Position numbers and translations under genes: made by a program | Assembly (NCBI GenBank): GCA_041736305.1 | Contig: JBGSTX010000345.1 | Coordinates: 1 to 23,122 of the forward strand | Length of the DNA stretch: 23,122 nt | Direction of reading: 5' to 3' | DNA from: Oligoflexus sp. | Lineage (GTDB): Bacteria > Bdellovibrionota_B > Oligoflexia > Oligoflexales > Oligoflexaceae | Notes under the pieces: generated by a model | Told to the model about the DNA's origin: nothing | What the model saw: the letters and a program-made list of their open reading frames with translations, nothing else | The model's database searches: none | Shown here: positions 1-9,624 of the stretch, in pieces | Position numbering within the stretch: the first letter of the stretch is position 1 | How the letters are laid out: the number at the start of each line of letters is the position of its first letter

Positions 1-486
1 ATCCACCGCTGAAGCGAAGCCCACCACCCGAGGCAACGTATGGGTTCCGCCGGCTGCCGGGAAGAGGCCGACGTTGACCTCTGGCAGCCCCATTTTGGAC
101 CCGGCAGTGGCAAAGACGTGATCGCACGCCCACAACAGAAGCTCGAATCCGCCGCCGAGTGCTGTCTGACCGTCGAGAAGGGCCACGACAGGGAACGGGC
201 TCTCAGCAAGAGTGGCTAACGCGTCCTGACATCTCCGGACGGTGAGGCGAACGCTCTGGGGAGTAGAATCGGTGAGGATCTCCTTGAGGTTGGCTCCATC
301 GAGAAAACTGGCTTTCTTGGCCGAAGCTATTGCAACACCCTTGACGCCGTCCCTGTTGGCCTGAGCCGTGGCTCGTTCGAGATCGGCCAGGAATTGTTGG
401 CCGATCGTGTTGACCGGGCCTGCGGTATCGATAACAAAGGTAGCCATACCACTCGATCGATCGAGAGAATACGTTACTTCCGGCAT
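1..486 (-). CDS. Enoyl-CoA hydratase/isomerase domain protein, probably the N-terminus of a FadB/FadJ-like fatty-acid oxidation subunit (runs off the window edge)
   Basis: Not in the ORF track; translated by hand from ATG at 486, with SD GGAGA upstream and start 12 nt after the thiolase stop. [29 protein letters not shown]...FLDGANLKE...[14 protein letters not shown]...[18 protein letters not shown]. Crotonase motifs and both catalytic Glu are present; the frame is open to base 1. Confidence 0.85.
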   Translation of the reverse strand, partial: MPEVTYSLDRSSGMATFVIDTAGPVNTIGQQFLADLERATAQANRDGVKGVAIASAKKASFLDGANLKEILTDSTPQSVRLTVRRCQDALATLAESPFPVVALLDGQTALGGGFELLLWACDHVFATAGSKMGLPEVNVGLFPAAGGTHTLPRVVGFASAVD

Positions 487-498
487 GATATTGTCTCC

Positions 499-1704
499 CT
501 AAGCCGCGATAATTACTGCCTCACCCTGGGTGAGACCTCCGCAAATTGCCGCTACCCCCCGGCCTCCACCGCGACGACGAAGCTCGTACATCATCGTCAT
601 CATGATCCTGAGTCCCGAAGCTCCCACGGGATGGCCGATGGCGATAGCTCCACCGTTGACGTTTATCTTCTCAAAGGGAACGTCCATTTCTTTTTGAAAC
701 TTAAGAACAACAGCTGCAAAAGCTTCGTTGACTTCGAAAAGATCGATATCCGAGATGCGCAAACCCGCCTTCTTGAGGGCTAAACGCGTGGCAGGTCCAG
801 GCCCAGTCAGCATAATGGTGGGCTCGGATCCAACGACTGCGGCTGAAACAAGGCGAGCTCTCGGACGTAGGCCTAGCTCGAGCCCAATTTTTTCGGAGCC
901 AAGCAAAACCACGGCAGCGCCATCGCTGATACCCGAAGAATTGGCGGCTGTGTGCACGTGTTGAATTTTTTCAACTTCGGGATAACGCTGATACGCAACT
1001 TGCGCAAATCCCATATCACTCATTTTTGCGAAAGAGGGTTTGAGCTGCGCCAGGGTCTCGATCGAGCTATCTGCCCTGATCATCTCATCATAGTCAAGAA
1101 TTAGAAGGCCATTTTGATCATAAAGTGGGATTTGCGATTTTTGAAAGTAGCCCCCAGATCGGGCTGCCGCAGCTTTTGTGTGGGAACTCAGAGCATATGC
1201 GTCGATCTCTTCGCGAGTAAAACCCTCTATCGTGGCGATGAGATCGGCTCCAATGCCTTGCGGCATAAAACCGGCCTTGAGATTGGTTTCAGGGTCAAGT
1301 GCCCAAGCGCCTCCATCCGATCCCATGGGCACCCGTGACATGGACTCGATTCCACCCGCGACGACTAGATCTTCAAACCCAGAGGCAATTTTCATCGCTG
1401 CTGTATTTATAGCCTCAAGACCCGAAGCACAGAAACGGTTGAGTGTTACTCCAGACACGCTCTCATGCCACTTCGAAGCCATGCTTGCGGCCTTGGCAAT
1501 ATTCCCACCCTGCTCTCCTACAGCGGACACACAGCCAATTACGACGTCAGAGACAAGGCTGGTATCCAGCTTGTTTCGCCGTTGCAAGGCTTCCAGCTGC
1601 TGGCTCAATAGTGAAATAGGTTTGACTTCATGGAGGCGCCCATCGGCTTTGCCCTTACCTCGCGGAGTCCTGATCGCATCGTAGACTATCGTTTGTTGAG
1701 TCAT
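499..1704 (-). CDS. Acetyl-CoA C-acyltransferase (thiolase)
   Basis: RTPRGKG N-terminus, NRFCASG (nucleophile Cys), [14 protein letters not shown] and a C-terminal CGG; SD GAGGAG upstream. Confidence 0.95.
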   Translation of the reverse strand: MTQQTIVYDAIRTPRGKGKADGRLHEVKPISLLSQQLEALQRRNKLDTSLVSDVVIGCVSAVGEQGGNIAKAASMASKWHESVSGVTLNRFCASGLEAINTAAMKIASGFEDLVVAGGIESMSRVPMGSDGGAWALDPETNLKAGFMPQGIGADLIATIEGFTREEIDAYALSSHTKAAAARSGGYFQKSQIPLYDQNGLLILDYDEMIRADSSIETLAQLKPSFAKMSDMGFAQVAYQRYPEVEKIQHVHTAANSSGISDGAAVVLLGSEKIGLELGLRPRARLVSAAVVGSEPTIMLTGPGPATRLALKKAGLRISDIDLFEVNEAFAAVVLKFQKEMDVPFEKINVNGGAIAIGHPVGASGLRIMMTMMYELRRRGGGRGVAAICGGLTQGEAVIIAA

Positions 1705-1745
1705 AGAATCTCCTCGTCCAAAAGCGCTCTGGTTCAGATAGCCAG

Positions 1746-1811
1746 ACCTTAAGGATTTCGCCTCGAGAGAGCAATGGCAGGAACAATCACTTTTCTTGGC
1801 TAAAGCAATCA
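1746..1811 (-). promoter_or_regulatory. Putative sigma70 promoter of the thiolase with two tandem activator boxes
   Basis: Minus strand: -35 TTGCTC (1774-1769), 17-nt spacer, -10 TAAGGT (1751-1746). Direct repeats TGATTGctttaGCCA (1811-1797) and TGATTGttcctGCCA (1789-1775) have a 22-bp period and abut the -35. Confidence 0.6.
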
Positions 1812-1832
1812 GATGGAGGGAAATTACTCAAT

Positions 1833-2861
1833 TCACCAGACATAATTGACGGGTGTTTGCACTCGAAAACGACTAGGACTAAGCCCGGTCCACTTTTTAA
1901 AAGCTCGATGAAAAGTTGAGGATTCCGAATAACCCAGAGCTTGAGCAATTGCATCGATATTCTTTTGAGTCCTAAGAAGGAGGAATATAGCTCGGCGCCG
2001 CCGAAATGCGTCACGCAACTCGTGAAAACTTGCTCCTTCATCGCGGAGCTTACGCCGTAGGGAGGCCGGACTGAGCCCAAAACTCTTGGCAAAAACGTCT
2101 AAACCCAAGTTAACGCTCTCAGTCTCCTGCAACCAACGGCTTTTAAGCTGAGCCGCATAACTTGCTTCGACCTTGAAATCAGCGAGAAAGCCAAGCGGTG
2201 CGTTGACCAAAAGGTCTTTCAGATCACCCGCGCCCCGCTTCAGGGGCTCGCTAAGCGCTGACGCTGGGAATTCAATGAAGGAAACTGCTTCATCGTAAGC
2301 AACATTAAGTCTTGCGGAAGCAGGAAAAGGACGGCTTCCAGAAGTTTCAGAAAAAGAAAATCCCATCCGCTGAGGAATCAGCGGCCGATCGATAAGCCAG
2401 GCGCTGAAGCGTACTAAGATAGCAAAAATCGACTCAATAAAGAAACTGGCCGTACCCTGGAGAGGTCGGTGGATATGTAATTCAAGGCGCAATGAATCAT
2501 GAGATCTAAAGTTCTGCAGCCGAAAGTCATCGGTGACTAGCCGATAAAACTTGGCCATGCGACGCAGAGCATGCTCCAGGTGGGAGCAATCACTAATTGA
2601 ATGGCACATCATCGCAAAGGTACCTGGTTTGAGCTGATTTTCAGTGAAACCGAGGCTTTCATCGAAAGTCACTTTCCAAAGTACCTGTAAGAGACGTGCA
2701 TATTGGTCGACACTGACTCGGCCTCCAGCATTGTCTAGGCAGGTCTCCTCCATCCCACATTTTTTGAGTATCAACCGTCGCTTCTCATCGTCTGTTGTCG
2801 ACAAGAGAGCATTGACATAACGAATAGCCACTCCACTCTGCATCGTCGTCGGCACACTCAA
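1833..2861 (-). CDS. AraC-family transcriptional regulator (OruR/ArgR-like N-terminal domain)
   Basis: C-terminal double HTH (SPASLRRKLRDEGASF...IAQALGYSESSTFHRAFKKWTGLSPSRFR); N-terminal RVSVDQYARLL...KPGTFAMM typical of the ~340-aa subfamily. Confidence 0.93.
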   Translation of the reverse strand: MSVPTTMQSGVAIRYVNALLSTTDDEKRRLILKKCGMEETCLDNAGGRVSVDQYARLLQVLWKVTFDESLGFTENQLKPGTFAMMCHSISDCSHLEHALRRMAKFYRLVTDDFRLQNFRSHDSLRLELHIHRPLQGTASFFIESIFAILVRFSAWLIDRPLIPQRMGFSFSETSGSRPFPASARLNVAYDEAVSFIEFPASALSEPLKRGAGDLKDLLVNAPLGFLADFKVEASYAAQLKSRWLQETESVNLGLDVFAKSFGLSPASLRRKLRDEGASFHELRDAFRRRRAIFLLLRTQKNIDAIAQALGYSESSTFHRAFKKWTGLSPSRFRVQTPVNYVW

Positions 2862-3700
2862 GCCTTACTGCGCAATTTTTGTAATTCCAATTCATCACTG
2901 ACCTGATTTATTTGCGAAGAGTTTGCATAGGCCGAGCGCCCGACTCTGCTCCGAAAATGTGGACGGCTTGGTAGGAGTTGGCTGCTGTACCCCCGAATTT
3001 TCAGAATATTTTGTAAGACCGAACACCATATCTGCGGTTTTGGTTTCACGGCAAATGCCTCACACAAGCCAGGCGACATCAGACCCGGAAGTATCCACGG
3101 CGTTATCTGCCCCAATGGAAAGGGCAAGGTTTTGCCTATTTGGAGAGTCATACCCCTATAAAGCGAGATATTATTTTCGCTGTAAGCCATCCGTGCCTTT
3201 TCATAGGACTCCTGGTAGGCAACTAGGTCCTTGAGACAGGACGGGAGATCCTTGATGCCGAGACGATGAGCTACTTCGATCCCAAAATGAAAAAGAGCCT
3301 GGGTCTCTACATTCATGAGCGGGCGCCAGCCGAATGACTCAATCCATTGGATTGGTTCAATGACAAAGTTGGATACGATATACAGCATCTGCTGGTTCGT
3401 GATCAAATGGACCGGATAGAGACGTTTCAGCGATTGAATCGCCTTCATTCCCACAGGACTGCTGTAGCCATTTTCGATGAAAATAGAAATCAGAAGACCA
3501 ATATTCTGATGGACCGAGGGTCCCTTAAATTCTTTTGATTCCATCAAAATCTTCGAAATTTCTGGAATGGCAAAGGTTTTCAGGAGAGCGATCTCGGTAG
3601 AACGGATCAAATCAAATCGCCACGTATCGACCACCATCCATTTGATGATAGTCTCATGATCCCTTAGCGGATCTAGTTGCATATACCTTGGCTGACCCAT
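2858..3700 (-). CDS. DUF2236 / MpaB-like oxygenase family protein, divergent
   Basis: LDP.RD, ALLKTFAIPEISKIL...EF, NGYSS..G..AI, ITN..MLY.VS.FV.EPI.WI..FGWRPL and LGIKDLP match my recollection of the family. The stop overlaps the AraC start (ATGA). Confidence 0.78.
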   Translation of the reverse strand: MGQPRYMQLDPLRDHETIIKWMVVDTWRFDLIRSTEIALLKTFAIPEISKILMESKEFKGPSVHQNIGLLISIFIENGYSSPVGMKAIQSLKRLYPVHLITNQQMLYIVSNFVIEPIQWIESFGWRPLMNVETQALFHFGIEVAHRLGIKDLPSCLKDLVAYQESYEKARMAYSENNISLYRGMTLQIGKTLPFPLGQITPWILPGLMSPGLCEAFAVKPKPQIWCSVLQNILKIRGYSSQLLPSRPHFRSRVGRSAYANSSQINQVSDELELQKLRSKA

Positions 3701-3751
3701 CTGTTTTCTTCCTTTTCTACAAGAGCTTGAAAGACCCTTCGCCTCAGTGGC

Positions 3752-5215
3752 TTAGCGCAGCAGTAGCCTAAAAGCTTTGTTTTTCCAGCTCGTCCAGGGA
3801 CGGTAGCGAAAAGGTGGATCGAAGCGGGTTGAACTGTATAAGATACCTTTGCGGTGCGAAAAAGCCTCAAACCCATCTCGCCCGTGATAAGCTCCCATCC
3901 CGCTTTCACCTACACCGCCAAAGGGCAAGCAGCCATTCCCAGTGTGAAGTAGCACATCGTTCATGCATCCTCCCCCATAGGAAATATTACGTGCGATCAT
4001 CTCCTGCTCAGCTTCGTCCTCGGAAAATAAATAGAGTGCGAGCGGCTTTTCATGCTCTCGGATCAGATCTTGCGCCACAGCCAAATTCTTGATGGGTATG
4101 AGTGGTAAGAGAGGACCGAATATTTCTTCTCTCATAATCGAATCTTCGAAAGAGACTTTACTGAGAAGCGTGGGCGCGATCTTGCGTTGCTCGCTCTGGT
4201 ATTGCCCACCCTCGGCTATCTTCGCTGGATCTATAAGCGCGATGAGTCGCTGAAAATGCCTGTCATTGACAATCTTCGGCAACTCCGGGTTCAGTAGAGG
4301 ATGCTCGCCGAAGCGAAGTCTTATTTCACTTCGAAGAGCTGCTAAGAGCTGGTCATAGACCTCTTCTTCAGCAAGAATATAATCAGGTGCAACACAAGTC
4401 TGACCGGCATTGATAAATTTCCCCCAGACGATACGTCGGGCTGCCAAGTTTATGTTGGCTTTCCGTGAGACAATACAAGGACTTTTGCCACCCAGCTCAA
4501 GGATGCACGGCGTCAGGTGCTTCGCTGCAGCTGAAGCCACAATCCGACCAATCGCCGTGCTCCCTGTGAAAAAGATTAGGTCCCAGCGTTTGCTTAGAAG
4601 CAAAGTACTCAGAGAAGCATCACCTTCCATGACCGTTAGAACTTCAGGTGGAAAACCCTGGCTGATCATTTTACGAAGGACTCCGGCAAGCTGCGGAGCC
4701 AGCTCGGACGGTTTCAGAACCGCGACATTCCCGGCGGCCAAAGCCGCAATAGTCGGCGCGAGATTTAACTGCAGTGGATAGTTCCAGGGACTCATGATCA
4801 GGCACTGACCGTATGGCTCACGTCTTACCTGGGAACGAGCGGGAAAAAAGGCTAAAGGAGAGCGACGGGTTTCAGCTTGCATCCAACTCTTAAGCTGCTT
4901 GAGAGTCTCTCTAATTTCGCTAAGAATCACTCCAACTTCCGTCATATATGCTTCGGTGGACGATTTACCGAGGTCAGCATGCAGGGCTTCCAAAATAGAT
5001 GCTTCATGGCTCTGAACTAGATCACGGAGAATCAGGAGCTGTTTTCTTCGCCAATTCAGATCTAAAGTCTGCCCACTTGCTAAAAATCCCTTCTGTCGTT
5101 GCATAAGCGCAGAAATCGCCACTTCACTACGCTCAGAACCGATCTCAGTCTCAAGCATTGCGCCGAAGGCCTGAGCCGATAAGTGCTGCAATTCTTTTCC
5201 ATGAGCGTCGAACAT
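3752..5215 (-). CDS. Aldehyde dehydrogenase (ALDH3 / fatty or coniferyl aldehyde dehydrogenase-like)
   Basis: SPWNYP, LKPSE, FTGST, ELGGKSP (Glu), NAGQTCVAPDY (Cys), EEIFGP, PFGGVGESG. ATG at 5215 with a G-rich SD is preferred over TTG at 5248. Confidence 0.93.
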   Translation of the reverse strand: MFDAHGKELQHLSAQAFGAMLETEIGSERSEVAISALMQRQKGFLASGQTLDLNWRRKQLLILRDLVQSHEASILEALHADLGKSSTEAYMTEVGVILSEIRETLKQLKSWMQAETRRSPLAFFPARSQVRREPYGQCLIMSPWNYPLQLNLAPTIAALAAGNVAVLKPSELAPQLAGVLRKMISQGFPPEVLTVMEGDASLSTLLLSKRWDLIFFTGSTAIGRIVASAAAKHLTPCILELGGKSPCIVSRKANINLAARRIVWGKFINAGQTCVAPDYILAEEEVYDQLLAALRSEIRLRFGEHPLLNPELPKIVNDRHFQRLIALIDPAKIAEGGQYQSEQRKIAPTLLSKVSFEDSIMREEIFGPLLPLIPIKNLAVAQDLIREHEKPLALYLFSEDEAEQEMIARNISYGGGCMNDVLLHTGNGCLPFGGVGESGMGAYHGRDGFEAFSHRKGILYSSTRFDPPFRYRPWTSWKNKAFRLLLR

Positions 5216-5349
5216 AGTAGCCCCCCGCAAAGTCAGAATTTTGCGCAACTATAGCAGTTCGGTTCAGGTCTGCAAGCTGACTTTGCGCCCTAATTTTCTT
5301 GAATTTGATGAAGATGATTATGGAATTTTATAGAATTTAGAGGCCTGGT

Positions 5350-5390
5350 AGAAACACCTCTGCCGATCTGTGGAAGCGGCAGAGGCTTTT
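5350..5390 (-). terminator. Hairpin downstream of sucA, probable intrinsic terminator
   Basis: 9-bp stem CCTCTGCCG (5357-5365) / CGGCAGAGG (5377-5385) just after the sucA stop; followed by TGTTTCT on minus and CTTTT on plus. Confidence 0.65.
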
Positions 5391-5396
5391 CGTTAT

Positions 5397-8174
5397 TTAA
5401 CGAGTTTTTTTGGCTTTACTTTCAGTCTTATTCAGAGTTAAAGCTTCAAGAATAATCCGCTTTTGCTCTTTTTCATGCACTTTCGCATATCCTTCAGCAG
5501 TCGTTCCAGCATCGCGGCGTCCGCAGTAAGAAACGTTCCCAAACAGCTTTTCCAAGCGATGACGGATGAAGGTCCAAGCCCCTAGATTCGCAGGCTCTTC
5601 CTGCACCCAGAACACCTCTTGGGCATCCGAATAGGCAGCTAGAATTTTCTCAACCTGTTGTTCCGCAAATGGATAGAGTTGCTCGACGCGGACAATGGCG
5701 ACGCTCTCACCAAGATTGAGTTCTTGGCGTTCTTTGTCGAGCTCGTAATATATTTTACCAGTGCAAAAGAGTACGCGTTGAACCTTGTTCTTCGCCTTAA
5801 CCAGCGGGTCATCAAGAATCTCGACGAAATGTCCATCCGTGAACTCTGTTAGCTTGGAAACACAGAGTGGATGACGCAAAAGACTTTTCGGCGTCATGAT
5901 GACAAGTGGTTTCCGGAAAGCCCGATGTAGTTGCCGTCTGAGCATGTGAAAGAGCTGAGCCGGACTCGTGAGATTCGCTACCTGAATATTATTATCGCCA
6001 CAAAGTTGGAGGAAGCGCTCTGGGCGAGCACTTGAATGTTCCGGCCCCCCTCCTTCATGACCGTGAGGCAAGAGAAGAACTAAGCCTGAAGCTTGTTTCC
6101 ACTTGGCCTCCGATGTTGCAATAAATTGATCGATGATGATTTGCGCGCCATTACCGAAGTCACCGTACTGGGCTTCCCAGAGAATGAGCGCATCGCGATC
6201 AGCGACGGAGTAACCATATTCAAAGCCCATGACTCCCTGTTCGGAGAGAGGGCTATTGATAACCTCAACCTGAGCCTGTTTTGGCCCAAGTTGGTTAAGG
6301 AGCTCTAGGGCAGAGCCGTTCTCGAAATCCCTGATAACTGCATGGCGATGCGAAAAAGTCCCCCGACGGCAGTCTTGCCCTGAGAGGCGGACGTGCTTGC
6401 CTTCGAGGGCTAGCGACCCATAAGCCAGGATTTCAGCCAGCCCCCAATCGATACTTCCCTCGCCATCAACCATCTCTTGGCGTGATTTGAGAAGTCGCTC
6501 AATTTTAGGATGGGGTTTGAATCCGCTGGGTATTTTGGTACTGGCTTCAGCGATTCCGCGCAGAGCTTTGACGGTTATGCCCGTCGCAGCAGGTTTGAAA
6601 ATATCGTCTTCGGTAGCTTTGATCAGCTTTGAACTCGACTCGAATTCTCTAGGAGTTGTCGTCAAGACTTGAACCGTACCGGCTCTAACCTTTTCCATGC
6701 TACTCTGCAGATCATCGCGGAAGGATTGCATCGTCGCCTTAAACTTGTCTTCACTTATAATGCCGCTATTTACAAGCTTCTGGCCGTAGAGAGTTAAGAC
6801 CGTTGGATGCGATTTGATAGTCTTGTACATCTGGGGCTGAGTGAAGCTAGGCTCATCGGTTTCATTGTGGCCATGACGACGATAGCCTATCAAATCGATG
6901 ACGACATCTTTTTTAAACTTCTGCCGATAGGCGACAGCGAGCTTTGCAGCCCACACCACAGCTTCCGGATCATCGGCATTCACGTGGAGAACAGGAGCTC
7001 GAATCATTTTGGCAATACCGGAAGCATAGCGATTCGAGCGACCCTCTTTGGGATCAGTAGTAAATCCAACTTGGTTGTTAGCAATGATGTGTATCGTACC
7101 GCCAGTCCGATAAGCATCGAGTTCGGCGAGGTTCAAAGTCTCTGCAACCAAGCCCTGCCCCATGAATGAGGCATCGCCATGAATCAGCACCGGAAGAACC
7201 GCACTGTAGCTAGCATCGCCCAAAAGGCGTTGCCGGGCCCGAGCAAAACCCTCTACCACTGGGTTTACGGCTTCTAGATGGCTGGGATTGGCCGAGAGAT
7301 AGGCGCGAATCTTGCCCCCAGAGAGCGTATCGATAACACTGGCGTAACCCTTGTGATACTTTACATCGCCGTCGATACCGTAGGTTTCGATCTCGCTGCC
7401 TTCGAATTCTTTAATCATCATCGCATATGGCTTGCCCATGAAATTACAAAGAACATTTAAGCGGCCACGGTGGGCCATGCCCATCGTGATTTCTTCGAGA
7501 TTGAGCTTTTGGGCTTCATCCGCGACAATGTCGAGCAAGACGATCATCGTATCGAGGCCTTCGATAGAAAAGCGCTTCTGCCCGAGATACCGATCCTGAA
7601 GAAAGCGCTCGAAGCCTTCGGCTTGAGTCAGCTTATCGAGTATGCGAAGTTTAACCCGATCTTCCACGGGCGGTTTGTTTCGAGTCGTTTCCATCTGGCT
7701 TTGCAGCCATTCGACTGTATCGAAGTCAAGAGTATCCCTAAAATCAGCTCCGACCGAGCTGCAATAGGTTTCGAGCAAAAAAGACTTGATCTCGCCAAAG
7801 CTGATCGGTCCTTTGCTAGGCAGAGTCGCTGGATGGAAAGCAGTTTGATCCGCGACCTCAGCCAAGCCGTTACGCTCTGGCAGAAGAAAAGCATCGAGCT
7901 TAGGAGGAGACGATAAAGGATCCACATTTGCGGAAAGGTGGCCCAGACGTCGATAGAGGTTGATGAACGCCTCTACTTTTGCCTCAGTGTCGTCTTTACC
8001 GCCAGCCAAGCCCGAGACTGCTCCCGAGGCAAACTCATAGCCCGCAAAGAATTGCTGCCACGAGGGATCCAAGGTTTCAGGATCTTTCCGATACTCCTGG
8101 TAAAGGCTTTCCAGGAACTTAACATTCGTACCGTTAGCGAAGCTAAATTTTCCGCCGTCGATGACACCCTTCAT
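5397..8174 (-). CDS. sucA: 2-oxoglutarate dehydrogenase E1 component
   Basis: KRFSIEG, GMAHRGRLN, GDVKYH, NPSHLE, ThDP motif HGDASF.GQG...NNQ, RRHGHNE, GPEHSSAR; 925 aa. Confidence 0.97.
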   Translation of the reverse strand: MKGVIDGGKFSFANGTNVKFLESLYQEYRKDPETLDPSWQQFFAGYEFASGAVSGLAGGKDDTEAKVEAFINLYRRLGHLSANVDPLSSPPKLDAFLLPERNGLAEVADQTAFHPATLPSKGPISFGEIKSFLLETYCSSVGADFRDTLDFDTVEWLQSQMETTRNKPPVEDRVKLRILDKLTQAEGFERFLQDRYLGQKRFSIEGLDTMIVLLDIVADEAQKLNLEEITMGMAHRGRLNVLCNFMGKPYAMMIKEFEGSEIETYGIDGDVKYHKGYASVIDTLSGGKIRAYLSANPSHLEAVNPVVEGFARARQRLLGDASYSAVLPVLIHGDASFMGQGLVAETLNLAELDAYRTGGTIHIIANNQVGFTTDPKEGRSNRYASGIAKMIRAPVLHVNADDPEAVVWAAKLAVAYRQKFKKDVVIDLIGYRRHGHNETDEPSFTQPQMYKTIKSHPTVLTLYGQKLVNSGIISEDKFKATMQSFRDDLQSSMEKVRAGTVQVLTTTPREFESSSKLIKATEDDIFKPAATGITVKALRGIAEASTKIPSGFKPHPKIERLLKSRQEMVDGEGSIDWGLAEILAYGSLALEGKHVRLSGQDCRRGTFSHRHAVIRDFENGSALELLNQLGPKQAQVEVINSPLSEQGVMGFEYGYSVADRDALILWEAQYGDFGNGAQIIIDQFIATSEAKWKQASGLVLLLPHGHEGGGPEHSSARPERFLQLCGDNNIQVANLTSPAQLFHMLRRQLHRAFRKPLVIMTPKSLLRHPLCVSKLTEFTDGHFVEILDDPLVKAKNKVQRVLFCTGKIYYELDKERQELNLGESVAIVRVEQLYPFAEQQVEKILAAYSDAQEVFWVQEEPANLGAWTFIRHRLEKLFGNVSYCGRRDAGTTAEGYAKVHEKEQKRIILEALTLNKTESKAKKTR

Positions 8175-8216
8175 GAATCTTTTCCTCGTGTGGGTTCCTC
8201 TATGTTCACCCGAACT

Positions 8217-9620
8217 TTAACTATGTATCGAACGCTTTGTAACCGCCATAGCGGCTTCCTTAATGGCTTCTGCAAGAGTGGGATGAGCATGTACAGACCG
8301 AGCAACATCCTCAGAACTTGCTGAATATTCGAAAGCGATTGCAAGTTCGGCAATCAGCTCTGATGCGTTAGGACCTACCAGATGCGCACCGAGCAAGCGA
8401 TCCGTCCTTTTATCAGCTATCAATTTGACAAAACCTTCTGTCTCACCCATAGCGAGTGCACGACCATTCGGCGCAAAAGGAAATTTACCGATATTTACTT
8501 CCAGGTTTTGTTCCTGAGCTTCTTGTTCGCTAATACCGATAGCAGCAACTTCCGGCCAGGTATAGACGACATTCGGAATCGCAAGATAGTTGACGTGACC
8601 AGGCTTACCCGCGATGATTTCAGCGCAGGCAACTCCCTCGTCTTCGGCTTTGTGTGCCAGCATAGGCCCATCGATCACATCACCTATTGCATAAACACCC
8701 GGAATCGCGGTCTCATAGTGCTTATTGACCTTTAGTTTGCCGTTCTTTTCACTAGTGAGCTTAATCTTCTCAAGATCGAGCCCTTTCGTGTATGCCCGTC
8801 GCCCTACAGCTACCAAGAGTTTGTCGCAAGTGAGTTCTGATTTCGTGCCTTCTTTCTCAAAGACGACGATAAGGTTTTTTCCCTTCTTTCTAAACTCGAC
8901 GAACTTGGCCTGCTCATGAAATTCCATGCCCTCCGCGCCGAGCGTCTTCCGCATGGTGCGAATCACGTCCTTATCCATCATAGGCAAGATGGAAGGGGCA
9001 GCTTCAATGACGCTAACCTTAGCTCCAAGCCGTGCCCAGACGCTGCCGAGCTCCAGACCAATAACTCCGCCGCCAACCACCACGAGATGATCAGGCACAG
9101 ATTCAAAGGCAAGAGCCCCCGTTGAGCTGACTACTTGTTTTTCGTCGAAGGGAGCCATAGGAAGTTCGATAGGTTCGCTACCAGTAGCTATGATAACGTT
9201 TTTACCCGTGATCGATTCTTCCTTGGAATCAAGCCCCTTCAGGCGGATCGTATTCTTGTCGACAAAGCTGCCATAAGCTTTAAAGTAAGTGATCTTATTT
9301 TTTTTCATCAGAAATTCGACGCCAGAAGTGAGCTTCTTAACTATCTGCTCTTTCCTCTGCATCATCTGCCCCAGATCGAGCCCTACTTTATTTATGATCA
9401 CCCCATGATCTTTGAACTTATGCAGGGCCTGATGGTAGGCTTCGCTCGACTGAAGGAGAGCCTTGCTCGGTATGCAGCCAATATTCAAACAGGTTCCGCC
9501 TAGTGTCCCTCTCGCCTCGACAACGGCGGTCTTGAGACCCAGCTGTGCCGCGCGAATAGCTGCCACATAGCCGCCGGGACCTCCTCCTATTACAATCACA
9601 TCAAACTGTTGTTCTGCCAT
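8217..9620 (-). CDS. lpdA: Dihydrolipoamide dehydrogenase (E3)
   Basis: GGGPGG FAD motif, redox GGTCLNIGCIPSK, GGGVIGLE NAD motif, HAHPTLAE. Likely start MAEQQFD at 9620, 4 nt after the sucB stop. Confidence 0.97.
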   Translation of the reverse strand: MAEQQFDVIVIGGGPGGYVAAIRAAQLGLKTAVVEARGTLGGTCLNIGCIPSKALLQSSEAYHQALHKFKDHGVIINKVGLDLGQMMQRKEQIVKKLTSGVEFLMKKNKITYFKAYGSFVDKNTIRLKGLDSKEESITGKNVIIATGSEPIELPMAPFDEKQVVSSTGALAFESVPDHLVVVGGGVIGLELGSVWARLGAKVSVIEAAPSILPMMDKDVIRTMRKTLGAEGMEFHEQAKFVEFRKKGKNLIVVFEKEGTKSELTCDKLLVAVGRRAYTKGLDLEKIKLTSEKNGKLKVNKHYETAIPGVYAIGDVIDGPMLAHKAEDEGVACAEIIAGKPGHVNYLAIPNVVYTWPEVAAIGISEQEAQEQNLEVNIGKFPFAPNGRALAMGETEGFVKLIADKRTDRLLGAHLVGPNASELIAELAIAFEYSASSEDVARSVHAHPTLAEAIKEAAMAVTKRSIHS

Positions 9621-9624
9621 TGAA

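Noticed and set aside
394..1684. Plus-strand ORFs (394-783, 728-964, 1114-1338, 1178-1684) opposite the thiolase
   Set aside because: Antisense shadows of a conserved gene, with no recognisable motifs.
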